Part shown: positions 1-12,133 of the stretch, piece by piece
Layout of the letters: each line of letters starts with the position of its first letter
How positions within the stretch are numbered: position 1 is the first letter of the stretch
Source of the DNA: Candidatus Omnitrophota bacterium
Lineage (GTDB): Bacteria; Omnitrophota; Gorgyraeia; Gygaellales; Profunditerraquicolaceae
Length of the DNA: 64,000 nt
Direction of reading: 5' to 3'
Assembly (NCBI GenBank): GCA_026416665.1
Contig: JAOAET010000028.1
Span: 3,706-67,705, forward strand
Translations under genes and position numbers: made by a program
The notes under the pieces: generated by a model
The model's input: only the letters and a program-made list of their open reading frames with translations
What the model was told of the DNA's origin: nothing
Database searches by the model: none

Positions 1-405
1 AAATTCACCTTCCAAGATGTCACCATATACCTCGTCGGTTGAAATTTGCACAAAGCGCTCTAAAGTATTTATTTTACGACATGTATCTAAAAGAACTTGG
101 GTACCAACAACATTGGTATTGGTAAAAACCAATGGGTCTTTTATACTTCTATCCACATGAGTCTGAGCAGCAAAGTTTATAACTAATGATGGCTTTTCTT
201 TTCTAAAAATACTTTCAATTTTTGAACGATTACAGATGTCTGTCTTATAAAAACAAATTCTAGATTTTACCTGACAAATCCGTTCAAAATCTCCTGCATA
301 ATCAAGACAATCTACTACCACAATCTTAAAACCCCGTTGGACTGTCAATCGCACAAAGGCACTACCAATAAAACCACATCCACCTGTTACCAGAATCTTT
401 TTCAT
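1..405 (-). CDS. rfbB: dTDP-glucose 4,6-dehydratase (3' end runs off window)
   Basis: Manual translation from ATG at 405: [19 protein letters not shown]...DYAGD...NFAAQTHVDRSI...TNVVGTQVLL...STDEVYGD; ATGA overlap with the upstream gene's stop. Confidence 0.9.
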   Translation of the reverse strand, partial: MKKILVTGGCGFIGSAFVRLTVQRGFKIVVVDCLDYAGDFERICQVKSRICFYKTDICNRSKIESIFRKEKPSLVINFAAQTHVDRSIKDPLVFTNTNVVGTQVLLDTCRKINTLERFVQISTDEVYGDILEGEF

Positions 406-1250
406 TTGGTGTTTAAATTTTTAAAATAATTTTGCACACATTCTTCTAAAACATCTTTAATTTCTCTAACCACAAAGCCCGATTGCTCTAATTTCGCCAC
501 AGAAAGAATTAAATTTGTTCTTACCATCTTAAGAACTTCAACCTTTATAACCTCAAATTGAAAATCAGGAATAAATTTTTTATAAACAGAAAGAAGTTGA
601 GGATAATAAAGTCCGCCTTTATTACAACAATTGTAAATGCCTTTGGCGTCAATGTAAAGAAGGTGTTCCAGCATCTTAAGAAAATCAGGAATATAAGTTA
701 CGGAATTAGGCACATCAATTACCCTTTTATATTTAATTAACTTGTCCAATATGTTCTTTGGATGTGGCCTATCATCAAGTGGTATACGAATACGACAAAT
801 GAGTATATTGTATTGATTTGATAAAACTTCTAAAGCACGTTCAGCATAAATCTTGGAACGCGAATAAAATAAATCAAAAAAGTCAGGTATATCTGTTTCC
901 TTAAGCGGAGTTGATTTCTGATAATCATAATGGTAAATACAGCCGCTTGAAATATGAACTAGTTTAAGGCCGTTACGAAGCGCTGCCTCTGCTAAAATAA
1001 TTGGCACAAAGGTATTTGCTGTTAAAGTCATATCTTTATCCAACTCGCAATCATCAACGTTACGGCTACCGGTATAACCAATACAATTAACAATTACTTG
1101 AGGTTTAAAACGCTGGATTTCCTCTTCAGCGTCAGCAAGTTTAGAAATAATACGACTGGAAATATCACAGTCAAAAAAGTCTCTTAAGCGTTCTCCAATA
1201 AAACCTTTGCCAAAAATAAGAATCTTCTTATTAAACTTTTTCATCGGCAA
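402..1250 (-). CDS. RmlD-family SDR, resembling bifunctional NDP-4-keto-6-deoxyglucose 3,5-epimerase/4-reductase (NRS/ER type)
   Basis: [46 protein letters not shown] motifs; lies between rfbA and rfbB. Confidence 0.75.
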   Translation of the reverse strand: MPMKKFNKKILIFGKGFIGERLRDFFDCDISSRIISKLADAEEEIQRFKPQVIVNCIGYTGSRNVDDCELDKDMTLTANTFVPIILAEAALRNGLKLVHISSGCIYHYDYQKSTPLKETDIPDFFDLFYSRSKIYAERALEVLSNQYNILICRIRIPLDDRPHPKNILDKLIKYKRVIDVPNSVTYIPDFLKMLEHLLYIDAKGIYNCCNKGGLYYPQLLSVYKKFIPDFQFEVIKVEVLKMVRTNLILSVAKLEQSGFVVREIKDVLEECVQNYFKNLNTK

Positions 1251-2100
1251 TACTTTTTAAATAGTCGCCATAGGAGGTATCAAAACTATTGGCCAATTTT
1301 CTTAATTGACCTGCGGTAATATAACCCATTCTATAAGCTACCTCTTCAATACAACCAATTTTAAGACCTTGTCTTTCCTCAATGGTTTTAATAAATATAG
1401 AAGCATCAATCAAAGAATCATAAGTTCCTGTATCAAGCCAAGCATAGCCCCTACCCAAAATTTTTACACAGAGTTTATTTTTTTTCAGATACTGTTTGTT
1501 TACATCAGTAATTTCTAACTCGCCGCGATTTGATGGCTTTAACTTTTTTGCTATAGAAACAACTTCAGAGTCATAAAAATAAATCCCTGTTACCGCAAAG
1601 TTTGATTTTGGTTTCTTGGGCTTTTCTTCTATGGACAGAACCCGAAACTTCTGGTCAAACTCAATGACTCCGTAACGCTGAGGGTCTTTAACATAATAAC
1701 CGAAAACAGTTGCTCCTTTTTTAAGTTCACTTGCTTCCTGCAACATTCTTGATAATCCTGGACCACTAAAAATATTGTCCCCCAGAATTAAACAAACAGT
1801 CTCCCCACCAATAAATTGTTCGCCAATAATAAATGCTTGAGCAATACCCGCAGGTTTTTCTTGCTGGGCATAAGAAAACTTTACCCCAAGATGGCTGCCA
1901 TCCCCTAAAAGTTTTTTGAATTGTGGCAAGGCCTCAACAGTAGAGATAATCAGAATATCACGAATACCGGCAAGCATAAGCGTAGATAACGGATAATAAA
2001 CCATTGGTTTATCATAAACAGGAAGTAGTTGTTTACTTACTGCCACAGTTACTGGATAAAGACGAGTTGCCTTTCCACCAGCAAGGACAATTCCTTTCAT
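1231..2100 (-). CDS. rfbA: Glucose-1-phosphate thymidylyltransferase
   Basis: [42 protein letters not shown]. Confidence 0.97.
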   Translation of the reverse strand: MKGIVLAGGKATRLYPVTVAVSKQLLPVYDKPMVYYPLSTLMLAGIRDILIISTVEALPQFKKLLGDGSHLGVKFSYAQQEKPAGIAQAFIIGEQFIGGETVCLILGDNIFSGPGLSRMLQEASELKKGATVFGYYVKDPQRYGVIEFDQKFRVLSIEEKPKKPKSNFAVTGIYFYDSEVVSIAKKLKPSNRGELEITDVNKQYLKKNKLCVKILGRGYAWLDTGTYDSLIDASIFIKTIEERQGLKIGCIEEVAYRMGYITAGQLRKLANSFDTSYGDYLKSIADEKV

Positions 2101-3062
2101 TGTGGGCTCCTTATCTGAAATTTACGGCCTTTCTCTAATTCTTCTTTAAACCAGTCAATAGTTTTTTTAATCCCATCTGTCAAACTGGTTTTTGGTTTCC
2201 AGCCTAACAGTTTTTTGGCTAATCGTAAATCAGGTTTACGTTGTTTAGGGTCGTCACTTGGTAAAGGACAAAAAACTATCTTTGATTTTGAACCCGTAAG
2301 CGCAATAATTTTTTTGGCTAATTCTAAGACCGTGCACTCATAGGTTGCGCCTAGGTTTAAAGGGCCAGGATAATCTACTTCCATAAATCTTAAAATACCC
2401 TCTATTAAATCATCAACATAGCAAAATGAACGGGTATAGTTACCTTCACCGTAAACAGTTAGTTCTTTGCCTGTAAGAGCCTGATAAATAAAGTTTGACA
2501 TTACCCTACCGTCGTTAAAACGCATACAAGGCCCATAGGTATTAAAAATTCTTACCACACGCACATTTATTTTATGCTGTCTAAAATAAGCGAAAGTCAT
2601 TGCCTCTGCCGCTCGTTTTGCCTCATCATAACAACTACGTTCACCAATGGGATTGACATTCCCCCAATAAGTCTCAGGTTGAGGTGAAACTAACGGGTCC
2701 CCATATACCTCTGAGGTGGAAGCAAGAAAAAACCTTGCCTGATGTGCCTTAGCTATACCCAAACAATTATGCGTACCTAAAGTTCCGACTTTTATTGTTT
2801 TAATGGGGTGTTTTAAATAATCTTTGGGCGAAGCAGGTGAGGCAAAATGCATTACCCAGTCAAGCCGTTCTTCAATATAAAGCGATTTGGTTATATCGTG
2901 GTAGATAAAAGAAAAACGTTTATTTCTTTTTAATTCCTCAATATTTTTTTCTTGACCAGTAATAAAGTTATCTACACAAATAACGCGGTGACCATTACCT
3001 AAAAGCGCCCGACATAAATGTGACCCTAAAAAACCCGCACCACCAGTAATCAATATCTTCAT
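2097..3062 (-). CDS. UDP-glucuronate decarboxylase (UDP-xylose synthase family)
   Basis: [52 protein letters not shown]. Confidence 0.9.
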   Translation of the reverse strand: MKILITGGAGFLGSHLCRALLGNGHRVICVDNFITGQEKNIEELKRNKRFSFIYHDITKSLYIEERLDWVMHFASPASPKDYLKHPIKTIKVGTLGTHNCLGIAKAHQARFFLASTSEVYGDPLVSPQPETYWGNVNPIGERSCYDEAKRAAEAMTFAYFRQHKINVRVVRIFNTYGPCMRFNDGRVMSNFIYQALTGKELTVYGEGNYTRSFCYVDDLIEGILRFMEVDYPGPLNLGATYECTVLELAKKIIALTGSKSKIVFCPLPSDDPKQRKPDLRLAKKLLGWKPKTSLTDGIKKTIDWFKEELEKGRKFQIRSPQ

Positions 3063-3112
3063 TTTGTCTTTTTAAAACTGCCTAACCTAATATTATCATC
3101 TTCTAAAAATTT

Positions 3113-4417
3113 CTATGTAAGCACTCTACCTATACAACGATAAGTAAAACCAAGCTTTGATATTTCTGATGGCTCCAACATATTTCGACCATCAACTATA
3201 ATGGGTTGACGCATTAATTTTTTTATTTTCTGCCAATCCAACTGCTTAAATTCTGGCCATTCTGTTACTATCAGAAGGCAGTCAGCATCTTTGACTGCCT
3301 CATAGGCATTTTTACAAAACTCTACCTGAGGAATAACTTCTTTTGCTTTCTTCATTGCCTGGGGATCATACGTCTTAATAGAGGCATTTTTTGCAAGTAA
3401 TAACTTAATAATTTCAATAGCAATAGAATTACGAATATCATCTGTTTGTGGTTTAAAACTTAATCCCAAAACAGCAATAGTTTTTTCTTTAATAATCCAA
3501 AGCAAATCTTCTATCTTTTTAACAATTAGTTTTTTCTGGTCATTATTTATCTGACGCACTGCCTTAAGCAATTGAAAATCATAACCCACGATTTCTGCCA
3601 AATGAATGAAGGCATCTAAATCCTTAGGAAAACAGTTTCCCCCAAAACCTGCACCAGCATTAAGAAACGCCCTGCCTATTCGCTTATCATAACCCATACC
3701 TTCTGCAACTTTCTCTACATCTGCGCCAACGCGTTCACAGATTTGTGCCACTGCGTTGATAAACGAAATCTTGGTGGACAAAAAGGCATTTGAGGCATGC
3801 TTAATCATTTCAGCAGTAGTGATATTGGTCACAAGAAGCGGGGCTTTTATGGGTTTGTAAACCCTTCTTAAGATTTCTTCTGCTCTTGTTGACTCTACTC
3901 CAATAACAATCCTATCTGGACGAAGGGTATCTAAAACTGCATGGCCTTCACGTAAAAATTCAGGATTTGAAGCCACATCAAAATCAACTTTTGCTTTGTT
4001 GATCATCTCTACTGTGCGCTTTATCCGTTGGTGCGTCTGAGCAGGAACAGTGCTTTTTTCTACCAAAACTTTATAACCGTTCATTGCTGAAGCAATTTCT
4101 CGGGTAACTTTTTCTACAAAAGACAAATCCGCACTCCCATCTGGCAAAGAGGGTGTATTTACACAAATAAAAATAACCTCAGAATTAATTGTTGCCTCTT
4201 TCAAACTATGAGAGAACTTAAGCCGTTTATTTTTTTTATTCTTTTGCACAATCTCTTTTAGACCCGGCTCATAAATTGGAATAATCCCTTTCTTAAGCCC
4301 TTCTAATTTCTTTTGGTCATTATCTACACAAACGACTTGATGACCTATTTCAGCAAAGCAAGCTGCACTTACTAATCCTACATAACCAGCACCAATTACC
4401 GCAATCCTTTCAGACAT
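3113..4417 (-). CDS. ugd: UDP-glucose 6-dehydrogenase
   Basis: GAGYVG, KSTVP, SNPEFLREG, GFGGNCFPKD, FKPQTDDIR. Confidence 0.95.
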   Translation of the reverse strand: MSERIAVIGAGYVGLVSAACFAEIGHQVVCVDNDQKKLEGLKKGIIPIYEPGLKEIVQKNKKNKRLKFSHSLKEATINSEVIFICVNTPSLPDGSADLSFVEKVTREIASAMNGYKVLVEKSTVPAQTHQRIKRTVEMINKAKVDFDVASNPEFLREGHAVLDTLRPDRIVIGVESTRAEEILRRVYKPIKAPLLVTNITTAEMIKHASNAFLSTKISFINAVAQICERVGADVEKVAEGMGYDKRIGRAFLNAGAGFGGNCFPKDLDAFIHLAEIVGYDFQLLKAVRQINNDQKKLIVKKIEDLLWIIKEKTIAVLGLSFKPQTDDIRNSIAIEIIKLLLAKNASIKTYDPQAMKKAKEVIPQVEFCKNAYEAVKDADCLLIVTEWPEFKQLDWQKIKKLMRQPIIVDGRNMLEPSEISKLGFTYRCIGRVLT

Positions 4418-4428
4418 AAAATTCTCCT

Positions 4429-5850
4429 TTATGGCTTATTTTTACATCTGCCAAAGTTATCTTTAATACGGACAATATCATCTTCTTCCAAATACTTACC
4501 TGTCTGCACTTCAATAATTTTAAGTGGCAGAGATTTATGTGGATTTTCCAGACGATGCACACAACCACTAGGAATATAAGTGCTTTGATTGGCATAATAA
4601 AAATAATTACGTTTTCCTTTAGTAATTTTGGCAATGCCTTCTACCACAACCCAATGTTCACTCCTTTTTTTATGATACTGTAAACTCAATGAGCAACCAG
4701 GTTTTACTTCCACTGCCTTTACTTTAAAACCATCGCCTACTTCTAAAACTGTGTATGAACCCCAAGGCCGCTTAACGGTCTTATGTTCATAGTACTCATT
4801 GCGACCTTGCTTCTTTAAAGTATCTACTATTTTTTTGACTTCTTCGCTTCTGTCCTTCTTGGTAATAAGGGTTGCATCAGCAGTATCTACAATTATAACA
4901 TTATCTAAACCAATGGCGGCAATCAAACGACCTTGTCCAAAAACAGTGGTATTTTTTGAATCTATGTTAATGACGTCGGCTTTAAAAAAATTTCCTTTTT
5001 TATCTTTAGGTAAAATTTCATCCCATGACTGCCAACTGCCTAAATCCGACCAACCTAAATCTTCAGCAACAAGCACAATAACATCGGCAGTTTTCTCTAA
5101 AATACCATAATCAAAGGAAATTGGCTCAACTTCTGGCCAGATTTTCTCAATATCACTTGAATTGGATATCTTATGAAGTAAATAAAAAAGTTTTGGTAGA
5201 TTTTTTTTATATTCTCTCAGGAACACTTCACTTTTACCAATAAATATCCCGCTGTTCCAGAAAAAACAACCACTTTTTAAAAATGCCTTTGCCTTTTCAA
5301 AATCAGGCTTTTCAGTAAACCTTTTTACAAAAAAAGCCTTTTTTTGCTTATCTACTTCTTGACCAATTTGTATGTAACCATATCCTGTGGCAGCACGAGT
5401 AGGTGGTATACCCAAAATAACCAAATTTTGTTCTGTCAATTCCAAAGCGTTTCTTAGAATCTTTAAAAATCGCTTTTTGTTTTGAATACGGTGGTCACAA
5501 GGAAGTACGGCTATTTTTGCTTGAGGGTCACGACAATGTATTAGTGCTACACCAACACCTACAGAAGGGGCAGTGTTTTTACCTTCATTCTCAAAAATAA
5601 TATTACTTTGGGGTATCCCAAAATAACAGGCAAGTTCTAAAATTGAAAAACGATACAACTCTGATGTGGCAATATAAATATTTTGGGGAGAAATTACCGG
5701 TAGAACACGCTGGATAGTTTGTTCAAATAAACTCTTGTTATGGTCAAGCGTCAAAAATTGCTTAGGCTCTAAGGTGCGACTCAGTGGCCAAAAACGACTA
5801 CCTTGACCTCCTGCTAACAAAATTGCGTAGGTATGCTTAAGCATCCTCAA
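4429..5850 (-). CDS. manC: Mannose-1-phosphate guanylyltransferase/mannose-6-phosphate isomerase
   Basis: [28 protein letters not shown]-terminal cupin RPWG...LSLQYH...SEHW. Confidence 0.95.
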   Translation of the reverse strand: MRMLKHTYAILLAGGQGSRFWPLSRTLEPKQFLTLDHNKSLFEQTIQRVLPVISPQNIYIATSELYRFSILELACYFGIPQSNIIFENEGKNTAPSVGVGVALIHCRDPQAKIAVLPCDHRIQNKKRFLKILRNALELTEQNLVILGIPPTRAATGYGYIQIGQEVDKQKKAFFVKRFTEKPDFEKAKAFLKSGCFFWNSGIFIGKSEVFLREYKKNLPKLFYLLHKISNSSDIEKIWPEVEPISFDYGILEKTADVIVLVAEDLGWSDLGSWQSWDEILPKDKKGNFFKADVINIDSKNTTVFGQGRLIAAIGLDNVIIVDTADATLITKKDRSEEVKKIVDTLKKQGRNEYYEHKTVKRPWGSYTVLEVGDGFKVKAVEVKPGCSLSLQYHKKRSEHWVVVEGIAKITKGKRNYFYYANQSTYIPSGCVHRLENPHKSLPLKIIEVQTGKYLEEDDIVRIKDNFGRCKNKP

Positions 5851-7018
5851 CTTTTTTTATTTTTAAAAAACGCCTTGTCCCGATTTTCAATATGCCAGAT
5901 GAAGAAATTTTTGCTAATATATCTTTAATCTTCTCTCCGTTAAATACTATTGCACCTTGTTGAATAAGCCGTCGAGCCTCATTTTTGCTAGTAACTAACC
6001 CTGAGTCAACACAAATATCTACCAAAAACATTTCATTATCTAAAGAAAACTCTGGTACCTGTGAAGGAAGTTTTTTCTCTCGGAAGACCTTATCAAACTC
6101 TTCGGCTGCTTGAACAGCTTCTTTTTCACCGTGGTAGTGGCTGACAATAATTTTAGCTAAACGCACTTTTGCTTCTTTAGGGTGCAACGATTTTATGAAA
6201 TTTAGGTCTTCATCGGTAAGTAACGTATAATATTTTAACATCAGTTCGTCAGAAATTGACATTATTTTACCAAACATCTCCCCAGCAGGCTCATTAATTC
6301 CAATATAATTACCCAATGATTTACTCATCTTATTTACGCCGTCAATTCCTTCAAGAAGTGGCATAGTTATGACCACCTGTGGTTGTTGAGAAAAGTCTTT
6401 TTGCATATCACGGCCAACTAAAAGATTAAAAATTTGGTCTGTGCCACCTAGCTCAATATCTGCCTCTAAATACACTGAATCATAACCTTGAAGAACTGGA
6501 TAGAGAAATTCAAGTAAAGAAACGTCTTGTTTGTTCTCCAAACGTCTTTTAAAATCTTCACGGGAAAGCATCTGAGCAACAGTTACATGCATAGTAAGAC
6601 CAAGAAATTCTGCAATAGACATTTTCTCAAACCACTGGCTGTTAAAAACAACACGAAGGTCATTTAAATTTAGAATCTTACCTACTTGTTCTTTGTAGGT
6701 TTTCGCATTAGCTAAAACCTCTTCTTTGGAGAGTGTCTTACGAAGCTGTGACCTACCTGTAGGGTCACCAATCTGCGCAGTAAAATCACCGATTAAAAAA
6801 TAAACCTCGTGGCCAAGGTCTTGAAACTGACGCATCTTACGTAGAAGAACCGTATGGCCAAGATGTAGGTCAGCAGCTGTGGGGTCAAATCCTGCTTTGA
6901 TACGCAAAGGACGTTTTTCTCGTAAAGAGCATTCTAGTTTTTTAACCAGTTCCTCTTCAGAAATAATATCTACTGCTCCGCGCTTTATAATCTCAAGTTG
7001 CTTTTCTAAATCTAACAT
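5837..7018 (-). CDS. tyrS: Tyrosine--tRNA ligase
   Basis: [13 protein letters not shown] (HIGH), KMSKS, C-terminal S4 domain. Confidence 0.97.
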   Translation of the reverse strand: MLDLEKQLEIIKRGAVDIISEEELVKKLECSLREKRPLRIKAGFDPTAADLHLGHTVLLRKMRQFQDLGHEVYFLIGDFTAQIGDPTGRSQLRKTLSKEEVLANAKTYKEQVGKILNLNDLRVVFNSQWFEKMSIAEFLGLTMHVTVAQMLSREDFKRRLENKQDVSLLEFLYPVLQGYDSVYLEADIELGGTDQIFNLLVGRDMQKDFSQQPQVVITMPLLEGIDGVNKMSKSLGNYIGINEPAGEMFGKIMSISDELMLKYYTLLTDEDLNFIKSLHPKEAKVRLAKIIVSHYHGEKEAVQAAEEFDKVFREKKLPSQVPEFSLDNEMFLVDICVDSGLVTSKNEARRLIQQGAIVFNGEKIKDILAKISSSGILKIGTRRFLKIKKVEDA

Positions 7019-7083
7019 AGATAAAATTCTTTTTGATTTTCTCAGTTTTCTATAACAGTATTTAGAATAGGTTAAACCTGTTC

Positions 7084-8622
7084 TTAAATACGAGCAGAAA
7101 GACCAATTTTCCCCTGCTCTACGTCTACTTTAATAACTTTAACATTGAGTTTATCACCTGGTTTAAGGGCTTTAAGTTTGTCTTGATCAATCTCATTAGA
7201 AAAAACCAGCCCTTCTAAATCCTCTTCCAGTTTAACAAATACCCCAAAATCAGTTATACTGACTACTTCTGTCTCAAGCTGGGTATCCAGTTTGTACTTT
7301 TCAGCAATTTTTGGCCAAGGATTTTCTTGCATCTGTTTTAAACCTAAAGCAATCCTCTGATTCTGGGTATCTACTGAAAGAACCTTAATTTCGATTTTCT
7401 GCCCTTTTTTGAGGACGTCTTGCGGATTAGATATTCTTTTTGTCCAAGACAAATCTGAGATATGAATCATCCCTTCTAAATTGGCATCTAATTCCACAAA
7501 AACACCATATTTGGTAAACCCTTTTACTTTACCTTGAACAACTGAGCCAACAGGGAACTTGGTCTCTGCTTCAAGCCAAGGATTTGTCTCAAGTTGTCTT
7601 ATAGAAAGAGATATTCGCCGATTATCTTTATCAATAGTCAAAATCTGCGCCTCTACCATATCTCCAATAGCAAATACTTCATTAGGATTATTTACCTTTT
7701 TTGTCCAAGAAAACTCCGAGATATGGATAAGCCCTTCAATACCCTTATCTAACTCTACAAACACACCATAAGGTAAGATACTTACCACTTTTCCTTTTAC
7801 TTTTGCTCCAACACTGAACTTAGATTCTACATCTTGCCAAGGATCAGGCATTCTCTGCTTTAGTCCCAACGATACCTTCCCGCTTTCCCGATCAAGATTA
7901 AGAATCATTACATCAATTTTGTCGCCTACTGCTACCACTTCTGAAGGATGGGAAACCTTTGACCAAGACATATCGGTAATGTGCAACAGACCATCAACTC
8001 CACCTAAATCAATGAATGCACCAAAATCTGTAATAGCTTTGACAGTGCCTGGAACAACTTGACCAATCTTTAATTGAGACCATAGTTTATCACGAATCTC
8101 TTCTTTTTCTTTGGTAATTGCCTCTTTTCGTGAAAGGATTATCCCATAACGGACTTTATTAACTTTTATTATTTTAAATTTAAACTTCTTTCCCAAAATA
8201 TCTTTTTCGGCCATATTCTTAAAAGCAGACAGAGAAGCAGGTAAAAATCCCTCAATCCCAAGTACATCCACCAAAAAACCACCTTTTACTTTCTTAACTG
8301 GCGTTCCTTCTACAAGAGTCCCTGCCTCAGCATGCTGAACAATCTTATCCCAACCTTGCATACAACGTGCCTTTTCACGAGAAAGAAGCATAAGCCCAGC
8401 ATCATCTTCAATAGCCTCAACAAAAAAATCTAATTCCTTTCCTATTTCTAGTTCCTCTTGTTTAAATTCGTTAATCGGCACAACCCCTTCAGACTTAAAA
8501 CCTACATCAACCAACACATCTTTAGGTTTGATTGTAACAATCTTACCCTTTACTAAACTACCTTCCTGTATTATTTTAATACTTTCATTATACAATTGTT
8601 CCATTTCTGTTCGTTCTGTCAT
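7084..8622 (-). CDS. rpsA: 30S ribosomal protein S1
   Basis: Repeated S1 domains ([23 protein letters not shown]; [17 protein letters not shown]). Confidence 0.96.
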   Translation of the reverse strand: MTERTEMEQLYNESIKIIQEGSLVKGKIVTIKPKDVLVDVGFKSEGVVPINEFKQEELEIGKELDFFVEAIEDDAGLMLLSREKARCMQGWDKIVQHAEAGTLVEGTPVKKVKGGFLVDVLGIEGFLPASLSAFKNMAEKDILGKKFKFKIIKVNKVRYGIILSRKEAITKEKEEIRDKLWSQLKIGQVVPGTVKAITDFGAFIDLGGVDGLLHITDMSWSKVSHPSEVVAVGDKIDVMILNLDRESGKVSLGLKQRMPDPWQDVESKFSVGAKVKGKVVSILPYGVFVELDKGIEGLIHISEFSWTKKVNNPNEVFAIGDMVEAQILTIDKDNRRISLSIRQLETNPWLEAETKFPVGSVVQGKVKGFTKYGVFVELDANLEGMIHISDLSWTKRISNPQDVLKKGQKIEIKVLSVDTQNQRIALGLKQMQENPWPKIAEKYKLDTQLETEVVSITDFGVFVKLEEDLEGLVFSNEIDQDKLKALKPGDKLNVKVIKVDVEQGKIGLSARI

Positions 8623-8840
8623 TTTTAATCACCCTTTCTATTAAGATTTGAATTTCTAATTTTCTTTTACCTAAAAAATAATTTCTTTTTATCTCTACAA
8701 GGAGGAATTCACCTCCTTCTGCCTTGGGATTACTCCTCGGCGTAATCTTTTTTGAAAAATAATTTTATAAGAATAAAAAAAACACCCCGTTGCCTCAACG
8801 TAATATCTGTTTCCATTTAAACAAGGATGTTTTACAGCCT

Positions 8841-9422
8841 TCATGCTAAACTCTCTATGGCGTATTTGACTACATCGGCAAAATCCTGATACGCCATCCT
8901 CCTTTCCATAACTATTTGTTTACCGAAAGTAACAGATAAAGGAACCAGACGTATTCTCCAATGGCCCTTTGGTAAGGCTTTGTATGTGCCGCTTAAATAA
9001 GCAGGAATAACTGGCACTTTAAGGCGCTGGGCTAAAAATCCGATTCCTTCTTGTAATTTCCCTACTGAGCCGTCCTCAGTTCTTTTACCTTCTGGAAAAA
9101 TCAATAAGGCTCCACCTCTACTTACCCAACTAATTGCTTTTTTTATTGCTGTTATATCCATCTTATTTCTTTTAAGTGGCACCGCGTGAACTTGTCTTAT
9201 CAACCATGCAAAAAAAGGATTTACAAATAACTGTTCTTTTGCTAAAAACAAAAGCTCTCTAGGAGATGCAACCCCTATTACAATAGGGTCAAGAAAACTA
9301 GCATGATTTACCGCTAAAATAAAACCTCCTTCTTTTGGAATATTTTCTACACCCCTTACCTTAAATTTAAAAAAAATTTTTAGAATTACCCAAAAAAAGA
9401 TTTTTCCAAGTTTATACAACAT
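8841..9422 (-). CDS. plsC: 1-acyl-sn-glycerol-3-phosphate acyltransferase
   Basis: NHASFLD, FPEGKR motifs; start taken at the ATG at 9422. Confidence 0.9.
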   Translation of the reverse strand: MLYKLGKIFFWVILKIFFKFKVRGVENIPKEGGFILAVNHASFLDPIVIGVASPRELLFLAKEQLFVNPFFAWLIRQVHAVPLKRNKMDITAIKKAISWVSRGGALLIFPEGKRTEDGSVGKLQEGIGFLAQRLKVPVIPAYLSGTYKALPKGHWRIRLVPLSVTFGKQIVMERRMAYQDFADVVKYAIESLA

Positions 9423-10812
9423 ATTTAGAAATAAGCTCTTTACCAAACTCTAACATAGCAACTGTTGTATTCTTTTCTTCGGACTCTGCATAAACTCGGA
9501 TAATCGGCTCTGTGCCAGATGCCCTTAACATAAGCCAGGAACGGTCTTCTAAAATGAATTTTATTCCATCTGTGTCGTCTATGGAAGAAACTTTTTTTCC
9601 AAAAATATTTTTAATATCACGCAACATATTTAAATCTAATTGCTTTTTTAAATGCACCTCTGTGCGTAAATAATAATATCTACCAAATTCTCGCTCCATT
9701 TCTTTTAGTAAAGCAAGCATTGGCTTTTTACGAAAAGCCATCATTTCAAGTAAAAGCAGACCTGCCAAACTTCCGTCGCGCTCAGGTATATAATTTTTAA
9801 ATCCAATCCCCCCTGCCTCTTCTCCACCGATAAGGATATTTTCCTTGACCATAAGCTCAGAAATATATTTAAAACCAACTGGTGTCTGATACAGTTTAAG
9901 ATGCAAGGTATTACAAATATTGTCTATTAAATTAGAACCTACTACTGTCTTTACCACTGCACCATTCATACCTCTATCCTGAATCAAATGAAGTATCAAA
10001 AGTCCCAATATTTTTTGAGGATTAATAAATTCTCCTTTTCCACAAAAGGCAGCTATACGATCAGCGTCACCGTCTAAAACGATACCTAAATCAAAATCAC
10101 CTTTTTTCATTCTCTCATAAGAAACTCTTAAATTCTCTAATATTGGCTCAGGCCTTAAACCGCCAAATGAGGGATTAGGTTCTGTTCGCAGAAATTCAAG
10201 TTTAACAGGGGTAGCTTTAAGAACCTCAGCAAGAAAACTGTCTCCGCTACCGTGCATTGCATCTACAAGAACCCTAAACCTTGCCCGTCTAAGCTGTTTC
10301 ATATCTACATATCGGCGTAAGAAATCAATATATTCACCAGTAAGATTATCCTCAAGTACAGAAGCAGATGGTTCAATAAGAATAGGATTAGCACCTAGAA
10401 GTTTTTCCACCTGTCTTGTAAGTTCTACAGGTGCTGCCCCCCCTTCAGCTGTCTTTATTTTAATTCCATTATAAAAAGCTGGGTTATGGCTGGCAGTAAT
10501 CATTATCCCAGCAGTCATCTTTCTATTTTTTACTGCGAAACTAAGCGTAGGTGTCGGAACTGCTCTATCAGAAAGAATTACTTCAATGCCATTTGCCGAT
10601 AGAACTTCTGCCACTAAACGTGCAAAAGTATCTGACTGAAACCGCGTATCATAACCAACCGCAATTCGTATTTTTTTCTCTTTAAATGTATGTTTATAAT
10701 AATCTGCTATTGCCTGACTGACTAAACGCACATTTGCAAAAGTAAAATCATCACCTATAATCCCTCTCCAACCGTCAGTACCAAACTTTATTGTAGTTGT
10801 ATTTATCTGCAT
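9412..10812 (-). CDS. Phosphoglucomutase/phosphomannomutase family protein
   Basis: FGTDGWRG, TASHNP, DGDADR, GEEAGG, RASGTEP. Confidence 0.93.
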   Translation of the reverse strand: MQINTTTIKFGTDGWRGIIGDDFTFANVRLVSQAIADYYKHTFKEKKIRIAVGYDTRFQSDTFARLVAEVLSANGIEVILSDRAVPTPTLSFAVKNRKMTAGIMITASHNPAFYNGIKIKTAEGGAAPVELTRQVEKLLGANPILIEPSASVLEDNLTGEYIDFLRRYVDMKQLRRARFRVLVDAMHGSGDSFLAEVLKATPVKLEFLRTEPNPSFGGLRPEPILENLRVSYERMKKGDFDLGIVLDGDADRIAAFCGKGEFINPQKILGLLILHLIQDRGMNGAVVKTVVGSNLIDNICNTLHLKLYQTPVGFKYISELMVKENILIGGEEAGGIGFKNYIPERDGSLAGLLLLEMMAFRKKPMLALLKEMEREFGRYYYLRTEVHLKKQLDLNMLRDIKNIFGKKVSSIDDTDGIKFILEDRSWLMLRASGTEPIIRVYAESEEKNTTVAMLEFGKELISKYVV

Positions 10813-11444
10813 CGTAATCTCCTTATTGCCTCAGCATAATCTTTTGAGCCAAAGATATAAGAACCCGCTACTAATACATTTGCTCCTGCCTGGCAAACAA
10901 GTCCAGCAGTTTTATCATTAATTCCACCATCAACTGCAATATCTCCGCAAAAAATACGGCGTAATTGTCGAATTTTAGGAATCACTTCAGAAATAAATTT
11001 TTGTCCTCCAAACCCAGGATTCACCGACATTACTAGAATAAAATCAGCTAATTTACAAATTGGCTTAATTTTGGTAAAGGGTGTTGCTGGATTAAGTGAA
11101 AGTCCAAAAAGTAACCCCTTTGATTTTACTTTTGCTCTTAAACGCTCAAGTTGGTTGGCAGATACTGCCTCAATATGAACAGTTAGCATATCACTACCTG
11201 CACTGGCAAAGGCGTCGATGAATTTATGGGGTTCTTCTATCATTAAATGCACATCCAAAGGCATCTTAGTAGCGCGTCTTATATCCTTAACCACCACAGG
11301 ACCAATAGTAATATTGGGAACAAAATGCCCGTCCATTACATCAATATGCAAAAGGTCTGCTCCGGCGGTTTCCACTTTCCTAATCTCTTCTGCCAATCGA
11401 CTAAAATCAGCAGACAATATTGAAGGTGCAATCTTTAATTGCAT
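10803..11444 (-). CDS. rpe: Ribulose-phosphate 3-epimerase
   Basis: APSILSADF, HIDVMDGHFVPN, MSVNPGFGGQ, VDGG. Confidence 0.97.
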   Translation of the reverse strand: MQLKIAPSILSADFSRLAEEIRKVETAGADLLHIDVMDGHFVPNITIGPVVVKDIRRATKMPLDVHLMIEEPHKFIDAFASAGSDMLTVHIEAVSANQLERLRAKVKSKGLLFGLSLNPATPFTKIKPICKLADFILVMSVNPGFGGQKFISEVIPKIRQLRRIFCGDIAVDGGINDKTAGLVCQAGANVLVAGSYIFGSKDYAEAIRRLRCR

Positions 11445-11498
11445 AGGTATTTAAACTTATTTTTATTCAATTAACCTACCCTAAAATAAACAGTAGAT

Positions 11499-12089
11499 TT
11501 ATTTTTTATAGAGATTCTTTTCTACAATATAATCATACACAGGCCCAGGAACAAGATAACGAAATGAACTACCTTTTTGAATACGGTTTCGTATTTCAAA
11601 GGCAGAGACATCTACTGCGCGTATAGCAACAACGGAAACTCTCTTACGCAATGAGCCAAGCTTTTGGGAAATCTTCTCTAATGGATAACCGGGTCTGGTA
11701 GCTACAATAAATTTGGCAATCTCAGTAATCTGCTTAAGGTCTTTCCACTCATCAAGGTAGTTAAATAAGTCTGAACCGATTATAAAAAATAAATTATCTT
11801 TCCTATATTGGCTGCGTAATTGCCTTAAAGTATCTATAGTATAAGAGCGACCTTGTCTCTTTACCTCAAGATCGCTTACCTCAAAATAAGGATTACCTTT
11901 TATTGCCAATCTAACCATGGCTAAGCGATGAAAAGCTTCTATTATATCGTGGTTGTCCTTGTGAGGAGGAAGATAAGTAGGAATAAAAATTATCTTATCT
12001 AACTTTTTTTTCTCACGAACTTCTTCTGCAAGAATTAAATGACCAATATGTATTGGATTAAAAGTTCCACCCACTATACCAATCAACAT
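11499..12089 (-). CDS. nadD: Nicotinate-nucleotide adenylyltransferase
   Basis: GGTFNPIHIGH, PPHK, SYTIDT, IIGSD. Confidence 0.95.
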   Translation of the reverse strand: MLIGIVGGTFNPIHIGHLILAEEVREKKKLDKIIFIPTYLPPHKDNHDIIEAFHRLAMVRLAIKGNPYFEVSDLEVKRQGRSYTIDTLRQLRSQYRKDNLFFIIGSDLFNYLDEWKDLKQITEIAKFIVATRPGYPLEKISQKLGSLRKRVSVVAIRAVDVSAFEIRNRIQKGSSFRYLVPGPVYDYIVEKNLYKK

Positions 12090-12133
12090 TTATTCACTTC
12101 CTCAGACGTATTTAATTATTAACATTTTGACTA

